Shown in pieces: positions 39,054 through 48,763 of a stretch of 64,000 nt of DNA. Below the pieces are notes generated by a model that did no database searches, was not told where the DNA came from, and worked only from the letters and a program-made list of their open reading frames with translations. Each line of letters begins with the position of its first letter. The first letter of the stretch is position 1. Position numbers and translations under genes: made by a program. The stretch is from Diplonema japonicum (taxonomy: Eukaryota; Protista; Euglenozoa: Diplonemea), in assembly GCA_964019335.1 (NCBI GenBank), contig OZ025657.1, positions 372,001 to 436,000 of the forward strand, given 5' to 3'.

Positions 39054-40839
39054 CCCCTAAACGCCCGGAGCCTATCTACGGTACCCCCCCATTTTCGTTG
39101 TTGCTTTAAATACTCAAAAAAAGGGCAGCATGCAACCATAGGAAGGTGCAAGGAAAGGGTAAACGGTACTAAAACTTTCAATTCCAGGTGCCAGATTCAG
39201 ATGAGAACACTTAACTATGTGTGTAAGAGGGGGATTGAAGGTGTACTTTTTATGTCCGATTTTGGGGGGTCTTGTCGTGGGGGGTCCGTGGAGTTATGGC
39301 TGGGCTAAATAGGGCAGCATTCAGCCCTATTTGGTGCCCTGAACTCTAGGATTGAGGTCAGTCTGGAGACTTTTTGGGGCTGTGGGATGAAAAAAGCAAC
39401 TTGTGAGTTTTCTTTCCAGCTGGGGTAGCATGCAAGGGTAAAAAACACGTTTTGCATAAGGGGGTTTTGCAACAGGGGCACCACGTTTGCTCCTTCTTCC
39501 CGCACCCAGGAACAGCATAGAGCACCCTCCTCACCTTCGTTCCGTTCATCATGGTCTCGGAGGTGTGATTTAGGGTCAAATTGAGATGTTTTGGGTATTT
39601 CTGAGTGAGGGAATCCTCATTGCTAGCGTGTTTGCGCTTGGGGGTCGGTGACGGTGTTGTCGGGGGGTGTGTGCTATCGGTTTTTGGGGCATGGGTGAGA
39701 AGCTTGCCAACAAGTTCTTCTTTGAAGCTCGGGAAGCCATAATTTTTGCCACATTCCTTGCTCTTCTTCCAGATTATGGAGGAGTTGGCAACACAGCTTT
39801 CCAGGACCCAATAAAAAACAACCATGGTCCACTTCCGGGTTTTCATATGCCGAACTCCAGTCCCCTGGAGCTGGTCTTGCCGGTCAGGGGTCGACAGCAA
39901 ACCCTTAGGAGTCGACAGTACGCATGACTAGGTCCTGTGTTGTGGACTTCTTGCTGAAAATGTTGAAATTCGCCAGGTAACCGTTTTATGAGTCGCATGT
40001 AGCGATTACCTTGATGCCCACCGAGTTGCTTTTTCGTGGTGCCATGACTTTTATTGTTGTCGGGATAACACTGTCGTCAACAGACAACCACTTGCCAGGG
40101 GTCCGCACAGTCCTACACCGGTTGACAATGATGTCAAGAAACCTGCGCATGAGGTGCAGTTTCAGGCCTTCCAAATGTTTTCCAGGTTGTCAAAGGTGAG
40201 GTAGCGCTGTATGTCAACGAATCGGTTTGCTCATTTTCTCAAAAGCCGGGATGGTTAAATTAGAATTTGTTGTCCAGTAGCTCTTCATGTTCGGTGCCGA
40301 GCGTAAACCCATTAACAGGACCAACCCAAGCCAAACTTTGTACTCTGGGATGGAAAGATTCAGATCCCGCTGTTTTTTTGAACCGAAACGACCGTTCGTG
40401 GAAGAAACTATGAGCTCAAGTACCGCGTGTGTAAAAAAAAAGATTAAAAACACCCTCCTCATTGGTCGCTTCACCTAGAGGTGTCCTAAGCCCACCTTTT
40501 TACGGAAATGATATGTTTCGGGCCTTTGGGAGTATTTCTCCCACCCAAGCATCGTTTCCGGACCCTCTTTGACCGCCTCATCGTCTTTTTCTTCTTTTTC
40601 TGACCAGTCGGGGGAGACTCACGTTTTCGCTGCTATTTTGACCATCTGATTTCATTTTAAGCCAACCCTGCCGGTTTCAATAAAAACAAAACTTTTAACG
40701 CAAAATGTAGTTCCAAGACAAAATAAACCGCGCAACAATGCCATATTTTGAAGTCCAGGGGCCGTGTTCAAAAAAAAGTACTTAGCGAAAAAGCAAATTT
40801 TGAAATAAGGACAAAAACGTCCGCGCGGGCGTTTAGGGG
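39054..40839 (-). mobile_element. Decayed piggyBac-family transposon, 1786 bp
   Basis: 14-bp TIRs CCCCTAAACGCCCG / CGGGCGTTTAGGGG flanked by ATAA on both sides. Contains a fragmented transposase. Confidence 0.9.
39358..40474 (-). pseudogene. piggyBac transposase pseudogene (DDE_Tnp_1_7 core plus C-terminal Cys-rich domain)
   Basis: Fragments in several frames: EYKVWLGLVLLMGL..KSYW, TPGKWLSVDDSVIP, KTRKWTMVVFYWVLE..VANSSII, CGK..WCPCCKTPLCKTCF..H. Confidence 0.88.
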
Positions 40840-41339
40840 ATAAGAAAATAAAGACTCAGAAATCCACACAAACCTCCCCACAGTGGGGGACGGGTCTTTC
40901 CGAGAGAAAGTACCGAGAGCTACGATTAAATAAAAAAAAGATTTTTTTTTGGTCATTTTTTCCCCCTCTTGTAAATATAGCGCACGAAATTGGTGTTTTT
41001 TTTTTTTTTTTTTTTTTTCCCCTAAAAATAATAAATAATAACACGGTTCTTATTTGTACCAAGAAGAAGAAAAAAAGAGAAAAAGTGACCTCCCATTCGA
41101 AGAAAAAAAAATTAAAAAAAAAAAAGAAAGGGCAACAAAAAAGAAATGTTCACTGAGACCGCACTCGTAAGCGCCCTTTCGAAAGAAAGAAAAAAAGAAA
41201 TATAGAACAAAAAAGAGAGAAAAAAAAACCCCCCCCCAAATAAAGCAAGAGAAAGCTAATCCCGGCAGAAGGTACAGTGGACATCTTACGCTGGTGCCAT
41301 TGGACGATTTTGCCTTTTTTCTTGTGCTCTCTCTCTCCG

Positions 41340-41648
41340 TCAATTTTCACTGCCGGCTGTTTTCGAGAAAAACGCTGGTTGATATGCATTTTTATACTCA
41401 CTGCGTCTTAGCTTCCTCATCCAGTCATGCTTCTGCTTAGCAGGCCCAGGCAGAGACAGGTAATAGTAACAAGCCCCAAGACACATTGCTGTGCTAGCTA
41501 AACATTGAATAAAAGTACCTTTTGCAGTAGTGCATCCATGAAACAAAAATGGGTCTCCCTTGCTAGTTGGCGGATTGGGTGATGTGACAGGCTTCGGTGT
41601 TGAGGTGCTGAGGGGCTCTATACGTGGGGAGAGAGAAGTGTTTGGCAT
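41340..41648 (-). CDS. Small hypothetical protein with one hydrophobic segment
   Basis: 102-aa ORF in a GC-balanced island after an A-run. 3' end uncertain. Confidence 0.4.
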   Translation of the reverse strand: MPNTSLSPRIEPLSTSTPKPVTSPNPPTSKGDPFLFHGCTTAKGTFIQCLASTAMCLGACYYYLSLPGPAKQKHDWMRKLRRSEYKNAYQPAFFSKTAGSEN

Positions 41649-41725
41649 CGCATATTTTTTTTTTTTTTTTTTTTCTTTCTCTTTTTCTTCTTTCCTCTGT
41701 CTTGATTGACGAGAATTTTGTTTTT

Positions 41726-41766
<41 letters not shown>

Positions 41767-41810
41767 TACTAACAAAACAAAAACACAAAAAAAAAAAACT
41801 AACTATGTGA

Positions 41811-42026
41811 TCACCTAGTGCCAACGACCTTCCTTTTCCTGTCCGCTTTAATTTGATTCTTGGTGCGTGCACCCCCCAAGCTTTTCTTTGCGTTGAACTT
41901 TTTCGCGTTTGCTAGCTGCGCCTTCATCGATACCTTCGCCCTTTTTGATTTTGTGGTATTTTTGGGTTTGTACTCGATATTGTGCTTCTTCGCAAGTGCG
42001 CGGCGTTGATTGTTGCTCTTTCCCAT
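41811..42026 (-). CDS. Small Lys/Arg-rich protein (71 aa), possibly nucleolar or ribosome-biogenesis related
   Basis: MGKSNNQRRALAKK..., with ATG after a long A-run and mixed codons rather than homopolymer-derived Lys. Function is inference. Confidence 0.65.
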   Translation of the reverse strand: MGKSNNQRRALAKKHNIEYKPKNTTKSKRAKVSMKAQLANAKKFNAKKSLGGARTKNQIKADRKRKVVGTR

Positions 42027-42232
42027 TTTTTTTTTTTTTTTTTTTTTAAATTCGTGTGTCTTCTACAGGGGACATTACATGTGAAATGACAAAAATTAAA
42101 AAAAAAGCTTACAAAAAAAAAAATGAATTTGTGAAAGAAGAACTTTGAAAAAAGTTTTTTTGAAAAAAAAAAAAAAAAAAAAAAAAAGAAAAAAACTACA
42201 CACAGGACCTCGAAAAATTCTTTTTTTTTTCC

Positions 42233-43075
42233 TCATGAAACCGAAGTTTTACCCCTTTCCCCCCCATAGGCTCTTCTAACCAATGGGAGTGAATATATAT
42301 ATTCGGGCGATTTTCTCCCATTTGAGGAGAGAACAACATCGCAGATATTCTTAACCGGTTTGCCCCGCTTCCCGTTGACAGCCACCACGAGGTAAGGGTC
42401 GGGAACTGATTGCAACCTTGCGTGTGGCGGGCCGTATTTAACAGCAGCTGCTTCAATTGTTGAAAAGATAGGTCGAGATCTGGGGGGCAGAGGCGGCTGA
42501 GGCGGTGGTGGGGAAGGTGGGGCTTTCAGTTTAACAGGTGCGGCAATGATTCTCTTGCAAACCTTTTCAGTTTCGTTGTTAGTCCGCACGGGGCGAGTGC
42601 CCAAGACTCTTTTGGCAGACGCCGCACGTAGAGCTGAACGTACCTCCTTAGAGAAGGACATCAAACAGTCCTCCCTTTTTGAAACATCACCAGGTACTAT
42701 GTGAATGTGCTTTCGCCGGCCCTTCCCCCTCATTGCGAGAACCCGCATTTTTTCCTTGTGGAGATCTTTTTCCAGTTTGCAAGGTGCGATAACGGTTTCC
42801 AATGGTGTTTTGTCCAAAGAAATAAATTCATTGTGTGGGTGGTCCTCGTGGGGTACTAGAATACACTGTTTGTTGTTTGGTGGGCTGGAAGGGGGTTCTG
42901 CCAGGAAGTCCTTGAACTCGTCGTATCCCACCTCATTCCCCCACCCTTCCCCTTTGCTCTCTATGTCGTACCCTCGTAGGTTTTTTATGATCGCCTCCAA
43001 TTTTATCTTGCCCGGTTCTCCGTTATGGGTGCCGCCCAATGCAATCCATGAATGTTCCGTCCCTTCAAGACTCAT
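42233..43075 (-). CDS. Hypothetical protein with Pro-rich segment (280 aa)
   Basis: Open ORF with A-rich start context and a PPSPPPPQPPLPP motif. Confidence 0.7.
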   Translation of the reverse strand: MSLEGTEHSWIALGGTHNGEPGKIKLEAIIKNLRGYDIESKGEGWGNEVGYDEFKDFLAEPPSSPPNNKQCILVPHEDHPHNEFISLDKTPLETVIAPCKLEKDLHKEKMRVLAMRGKGRRKHIHIVPGDVSKREDCLMSFSKEVRSALRAASAKRVLGTRPVRTNNETEKVCKRIIAAPVKLKAPPSPPPPQPPLPPRSRPIFSTIEAAAVKYGPPHARLQSVPDPYLVVAVNGKRGKPVKNICDVVLSSNGRKSPEYIYSLPLVRRAYGGERGKTSVS

Positions 43076-44172
43076 TCTTTTTTTTTTTTTTTAACACATT
43101 CTTTTTTTTTTTTTTTTTTTTTTCTTTTTTGAAAACTGAGTTTTTTTTTTTGTTGCGGAGGAATCAGACAGAAAAGAAAAAAATTTTCCAGCCAAAAAAA
43201 GATAAAAAACTAGCTCTCGGCGGAAGAAGGGGATGGGGAGGAGAAGAAGAAGGAAAAAAAAAAAAAAAAAAAAGAAAAGGGATATTGATTAATAAAAAGA
43301 AAAAGAGAAATACATTTTCTCTTTCTTTTTTTTTTTTAAAACCTTGCAACCTAGGATTTTAGGAGATTGACCAAATAAAAACCTTGTACTGCAGACCTCA
43401 AGGGGGGGGGGGGGGGGGGGAGTACAAAAAACTACTGCAACGAAGGGGGGGAAAAAAAAAAGAAAAGCTTTGTGGTGGAGATAGATTGAAAATACTCGTC
43501 TTAAAAAAAAACTTTTTAGGTTGCAAGGTATGTTACAATAATAATAGGCGAGTTCTTCTTTGTTTGCGTGCGGTGGTTACAAGCTTTCTTCCTAATTAAG
43601 AAATTATTTGTAACACTGCCCAGCATTCTTTTTTAAATAACTACAACAAGAATTCTTTGTCGGTTCATCACAAGAAAGCTGATACGGAAATGGAAACGAC
43701 CTTAGGCAGCATTCTTCAAACACAGAATTAGGCGAACCAAGAAAATCACTATTTGGTCCCCCTTTTATTTCCCCACACGATTTTTACTCAATAAGAAAAA
43801 AGAGTTCTTTCATTTGATACATACTATTTTCTTTTTGTTTCTGCTGTTAAGCTTCCCCCCCCCCCCCCCCCATTCTTCTTTCTTCTTTCTCTTATTGTAC
43901 TTTAGGGGAACAACAACAACGGTGTAACACAAAACGGACGAGAAATCCATTATAACAACAAAAAAAGGGAGGGGAAACATACAAAAAAAAACCCCCCCTC
44001 CCTCATACTGTGTTCAAATTCAATAAAGGTAATAAAAGTACCCCCCCCCCGTCCCGGAATTTATCAATTCGACATACTTTAAAAAAAGGGGGGGAATACT
44101 AAGGGGGGAAGAACAACAAAAAAAAAGGAAAAAAAAAAAAACAACAACAACCCCCCATCACTACTTTATACA

Positions 44173-44215
<43 letters not shown>

Positions 44216-44216
<1 letters not shown>

Positions 44217-46168
44217 CAATCTATGACCCATCTGGCGTAAAACATATCATCATCATCGTCATTTTGCCCATCAACAAATACAGTGGTCTTCACGGATGGT
44301 AGAAACAGGGCAGAGGCGGCCCAGGAAGGGGCAGTTGAAGTGGAGGCCCATTTTGAAAAATCAGAGAGAAGCTTTGCTGTGAAGTCAGCGGGCAAAGACG
44401 GGTGCTCCGAGCCAACCCAAACATCGAGTAGCTTCTGAGACGGCTTCTGCTTGACAAATATAAAAATGTTGGAAGAACACGCTTCGCTGAAAGTCTCGAA
44501 ATCCTCTTCTTCCAGTGGGCAGACGTTGTAAATCTTATGTTTTTTGAAAAGTCCGTTTGTGTAATGGAACATTTCGGTGATGTCCAACCTCTGGTTTCGT
44601 AAGCGGGGTGTTGCAGCGTCCATGCTGGCAGTCCCGTCGCCATGCAGTGCAGATACATCACGTTTCCTTGCATCCTCACGAGCTCTTACTTTATCGTCAG
44701 ACTCCGTTATACTCTCCTCGAAATTTTCACCCTCCTCCACTAGTCTCGCAGGGTTTTCGTAGTGGTTGTTGTAAAACGGTATTTCCCTGGGTTCCTCAAG
44801 CCCAAGGCCGGACAGCAAGCTTGTAATATCAGCGGGTTCAAACCCTTCACGGGTTTCCTTTATAACCTGTTCATCACCCCATAACCCTCTAAACGCGTAT
44901 TTTAATATTTCACGTGCTTTATGTCTTGCAGATTGTACAAGTTCTTCCCTGCACGAGCTTCCTATCCACATTACAACGCGAAGCTCGATTTTATCACATA
45001 GTAGGTAAACAGTTCGGGTGTCCATCGACACAACACCGTCTTTTACGTCGAATTTTTCCATTGCAAAGACATGCGGGTATGGCGCGTCGGGGGAGAAACC
45101 TTGCAACCGGAACACAGATACGTCATCTGGGTCGGTTAGGTGGGCTTCCCATTGAACCAAACGTGTGTAGAAACCCATGTTGGGCTTTGCCACACCACGT
45201 CGCTTCTTAACCTTGTCGAGTGTCTGCGATAAGGTACGGCCTTCCAACCATAATATGTAGGATATGATTAGAGTGCAGGAACGCGACGCGCCTTGCTGGC
45301 AGTGTATGAATATTGAAGCGTTTTTTTTCTTTTTACGGATCCGTTCGATGTGAGCGATGACGTGAGGGAAGATGACGGAGATGTCCTCGTTGACAGTGTC
45401 CATCATCTTTAAAGGGTAGTATGAGAAGTGCTCGGGGAAGCAGCAGTCGACAATCATTTCTACTGTGTTTATGATGTGTGTGATGCCGGCGTGAAGGAGC
45501 GTTTCAAGGTCCTCTGCAGGTGTTTGCCCGCCTACAAAAAGATAAGGAAGAATCTCCGAGCACAGCGGCGACCAGAACTGTAATTTTTCCCTCGCGCGTT
45601 GCTCCACAGCTTTCTCATCGTCCATGTTGAAATTATCCTGATCCCATGCTTGGTGTTGGCAGAGCTCTTTTGACAACCCAACAGGATGGCTGTTCTTCAA
45701 GAGAATATACCCCAATGATGGTTTTTCCATGATCCATCTTTCCAGTTGCATCCCTCGTAGCAAAGCAGTTGCCTTGACCAAGCCGCCTGCTTTGTATCCT
45801 GAAAGGACGTATATTGAGGTTTCGATGCTGTTCGACCTGCAGCATAGTGACCATGGTTTGCTGAGGCCTCTTGGTGTGCAGACCTCGTCTAGGCCGCTGT
45901 TGGATTCCAGCGAGATCTCTTTTCTGAATATTGATCGGTCGCTGGTCATCATAACTACGTAACAGCATTCTGGTAGCAGTGATAGGTTTTGCTGGGTGAG
46001 GTCGACTGTCCCACAACCGTGTTGCAGTCCTGACTGGACGACCCAGGCCCTCACGTTGCACCCGCTGCCTGAGGGGGCGTCGTCGTTGGAGCTTTTTTCC
46101 GTTTGTCGCAACGCTTCAACATCTGCCCACTTCACCGGCGTCTTGTCGGCGCTTACCCCGATTCCCAT
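44216..46168 (-). CDS. Dual-specificity phosphatase with gelsolin-like domains (plant MKP1-like)
   Basis: SEILPYLFVG, GITHIIN and catalytic IHCQQGASRS, followed by gelsolin-like DTRTVYLL..VMWIGS..TREGFEP. N-terminal MGxxxS myristoylation motif. Confidence 0.85.
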
Positions 46169-46483
46169 TTTTCTTTTTCTTATATTTTTTTCTCTCCCTC
46201 CTTTTTTTTTTTTTTTTTCGTAGACGAAGAGAGGGGGGGAATAATAATAGTAATAAAAAACTGGAAAATAAGAGATCTATATATCTAAGAAAACAGAGGG
46301 GGGGGAAGACAGAGTAAAAAAAAAGGAGGAGAGATCAAGGGATCAAAGGCAGAACGAACCAAATAAAAAAAAAAAAGGAAAATCAGATTTGTTAAAAATA
46401 AAAATAAACAACATCCTCTAAAAAAAAAACATAAAAAAAAAAAAAAAAGAAAAACTCTAAGCTACCCCATGTTCCCCCGTTCA

Positions 46484-47884
46484 TCAAGCTCCCAACGGTC
46501 CAAAATCGATGGATCGTATTTCCTCCTCCAATTTCTGCAGATCTGCGGGGATGTCGTAAGGGGAGATCGCGTTCCTGATGCACTTCAAGTGATACGCGTA
46601 GATTAGCGCGGTAAGCAGCTCCTCAAGAAGGGAAGGCGAAGGGATGACACTACACAGCATAGTCGTTTTACAATTACCACCAAGCGCGTCGCTCAGCAGC
46701 ATCGTGAGCTTGCTGTTACGGTAGGGAACGTTCCCACGGGCAGTGGGTTGCGAAGACCGTTGCTGTGCGGCAGAACTCAACACTGATATAACATCACCGA
46801 CAGCCTGGTTGGACTTGACAATCCAGGGTTCTTCACCAAGCCCAGCAGAACATCCAGCAATGTCAACAAATGCAAGCTTCGCCCTTCGGAAATCGCCTTT
46901 TTTACTGTAATTTTCTACGGAGCAGCTGAACATCAGGTGGCTTTTTCTTCTGTCGCCCATCTCGCGCCGCTTCTCCCTTGTCTTCAAACCCCAGTGAAAC
47001 AGCTGCGAGAGTTGCTGCGATTTGTTAACAGACACTTGTTGAAGCCCAGGAACATGAACACGGCCCTTATCATCCCGCAACACTTCATAATGAGGCCCAT
47101 GCGGCCTGTCGCTGTTAGAAGGGTCAGAGAAGAGATCAAATATTGAATCATCGATGAGTTCGAGCATCTGTGCTTTGATGGTGAAGCAGTCCACGTCGTT
47201 GCGTTCCATTTGAGCGAATAAATTGCTGATGAAGACGTCGATGACTCCACCGGGTTGTTGGTGATGGTGGTCGACAGCAGGACCGAGGAGGCTGAAGGAT
47301 TTCCCGCTGCCGGTTTGCCCGAATGTGAAGAGAGTTGTATTGAACCCTAGCAGCACATCGTGAAGCATGGCATCGCCTGAGAGTTGTTTATAGACGTCGA
47401 AAGGGGTTTGCGGGTCGTCAGGTGTGATGACAGAATCGAAGACAAATGATTTTGATTTGCTGGGGACGTTCAATGTGCAGTTGTCTGCGATGGTAATCGC
47501 ACCCCAGTCGTGTCTTGCGCCCGGTCGTGAGATTTGCTGGACCCCGTCGTAATGAGCCGGGTCTCGTACTCTTAATATTACTCTCGGGCAGCCTTTTAGC
47601 TCGTTCAGCGTGTTTTGGTATTTTTTCTTCAGGAGCTGTGCCTTGTTGTACTCGTCGGCTACTGTTTTCAGTGTTGTTGTTTTTTGGTCGAGGTCGCCTT
47701 GGACACCGGCGAACCTCCCCTCTGCCTCCTCCAACCTGCTCCTGAGCATCATCACCTCTCGCTCATACTCGTCTCGTTTGCTTTGCAGATTCCTCACCTC
47801 GTCGATCTTACCTGTCATCAACGTCTCTAGCTGATCCGACTTGGCTGTGATATTTTTAAGCTGCGCTTCTGTTGAATTAATCAT
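46484..47884 (-). CDS. C-terminal-motor kinesin-14-like protein with degenerate switch motifs
   Basis: Coiled-coil stalk, neck NELKGCPRVILRVR, P-loop FGQTGSGKS and VPYRNSKLTMLLSDALGGNCKT. Confidence 0.88.
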   Translation of the reverse strand: MINSTEAQLKNITAKSDQLETLMTGKIDEVRNLQSKRDEYEREVMMLRSRLEEAEGRFAGVQGDLDQKTTTLKTVADEYNKAQLLKKKYQNTLNELKGCPRVILRVRDPAHYDGVQQISRPGARHDWGAITIADNCTLNVPSKSKSFVFDSVITPDDPQTPFDVYKQLSGDAMLHDVLLGFNTTLFTFGQTGSGKSFSLLGPAVDHHHQQPGGVIDVFISNLFAQMERNDVDCFTIKAQMLELIDDSIFDLFSDPSNSDRPHGPHYEVLRDDKGRVHVPGLQQVSVNKSQQLSQLFHWGLKTREKRREMGDRRKSHLMFSCSVENYSKKGDFRRAKLAFVDIAGCSAGLGEEPWIVKSNQAVGDVISVLSSAAQQRSSQPTARGNVPYRNSKLTMLLSDALGGNCKTTMLCSVIPSPSLLEELLTALIYAYHLKCIRNAISPYDIPADLQKLEEEIRSIDFGPLGA

Positions 47885-48294
47885 TTTTTTCTCTTTTTTT
47901 TGTATTTTTTTTGTCTCCCTTATTGAAGCACCCCACCCACCTTTTTTTTTCCCTCTGCAAAAAGGAGTTTCAAAAATTAAAAAAAAAATAATAATAATAA
48001 TAAACGTGTCATTGAAGGGGGAAAAAAAATCACCTCATCTTGTGGTTCCGACCCTTTCCTGCGGCTGAGGGTGTTTCCCGTCGTGGAAACTAACGAAGAA
48101 AAGAAGAAAAAGAAGAAGAAAAAAAAAAACAAATAAACAAAGGAGGAAATAAGATTCTCTGTGGAAAAGCTTCCCTTTAAACTGCTATCCCTCTTGTTCG
48201 TCCTCTTGGAGAAACTATCGAAAGGAACTTCTACTTTTTCGGCGGGTTTTTTTTATTATCTGTGAACAAAAGACGTCTTCTTTTCTTTTTTTCA

Positions 48295-48687
48295 CTACAT
48301 ACCCGACCCACTCAAATCGTCCAAGAGCTCCTTATCTATTAATTTTTGTAGCTGACATTCTTCCTTTGTAGCTTCCTTAGGAGGGGGCTTTCGCGAGATA
48401 TCGATGAAACGGCTGTGACGCCTTGAGGAAGGGGTGGTAGCGTGCCCTGGGGCAAGGCACGTGTCGCAGTAGGCTTCTTTGCAGTCCGGGCAAAATGTGG
48501 TCACGGGATTTTTACAATCGTAGTTATCTGCCGTCCCAACACAGGACTTCACCCGCTGGCGGAGCTTGTCATTTGAGTGCTCGCTTTGTCTCCATAATGT
48601 CCACGATCCTGCTGAGATGAGACAGCAGCATCCCATTCCAGCGCACCATACTGGCGCTTTTAAAGCAGCGTCAATACCAGACCACAT
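48295..48687 (-). CDS. Small B-box zinc-finger protein with N-terminal hydrophobic segment
   Basis: C..DC..FCPDCKEAYCDTC..H..RH has the spacing of a B-box. Confidence 0.7.
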   Translation of the reverse strand: MWSGIDAALKAPVWCAGMGCCCLISAGSWTLWRQSEHSNDKLRQRVKSCVGTADNYDCKNPVTTFCPDCKEAYCDTCLAPGHATTPSSRRHSRFIDISRKPPPKEATKEECQLQKLIDKELLDDLSGSGM

Positions 48688-48763
48688 TGTGTAACTCCTT
48701 TAGTTTTTTCCCGAGAAGGAATGAAGGGGGGGAAAAAACTTTTGAAAAAAAATTCTATTGTCC

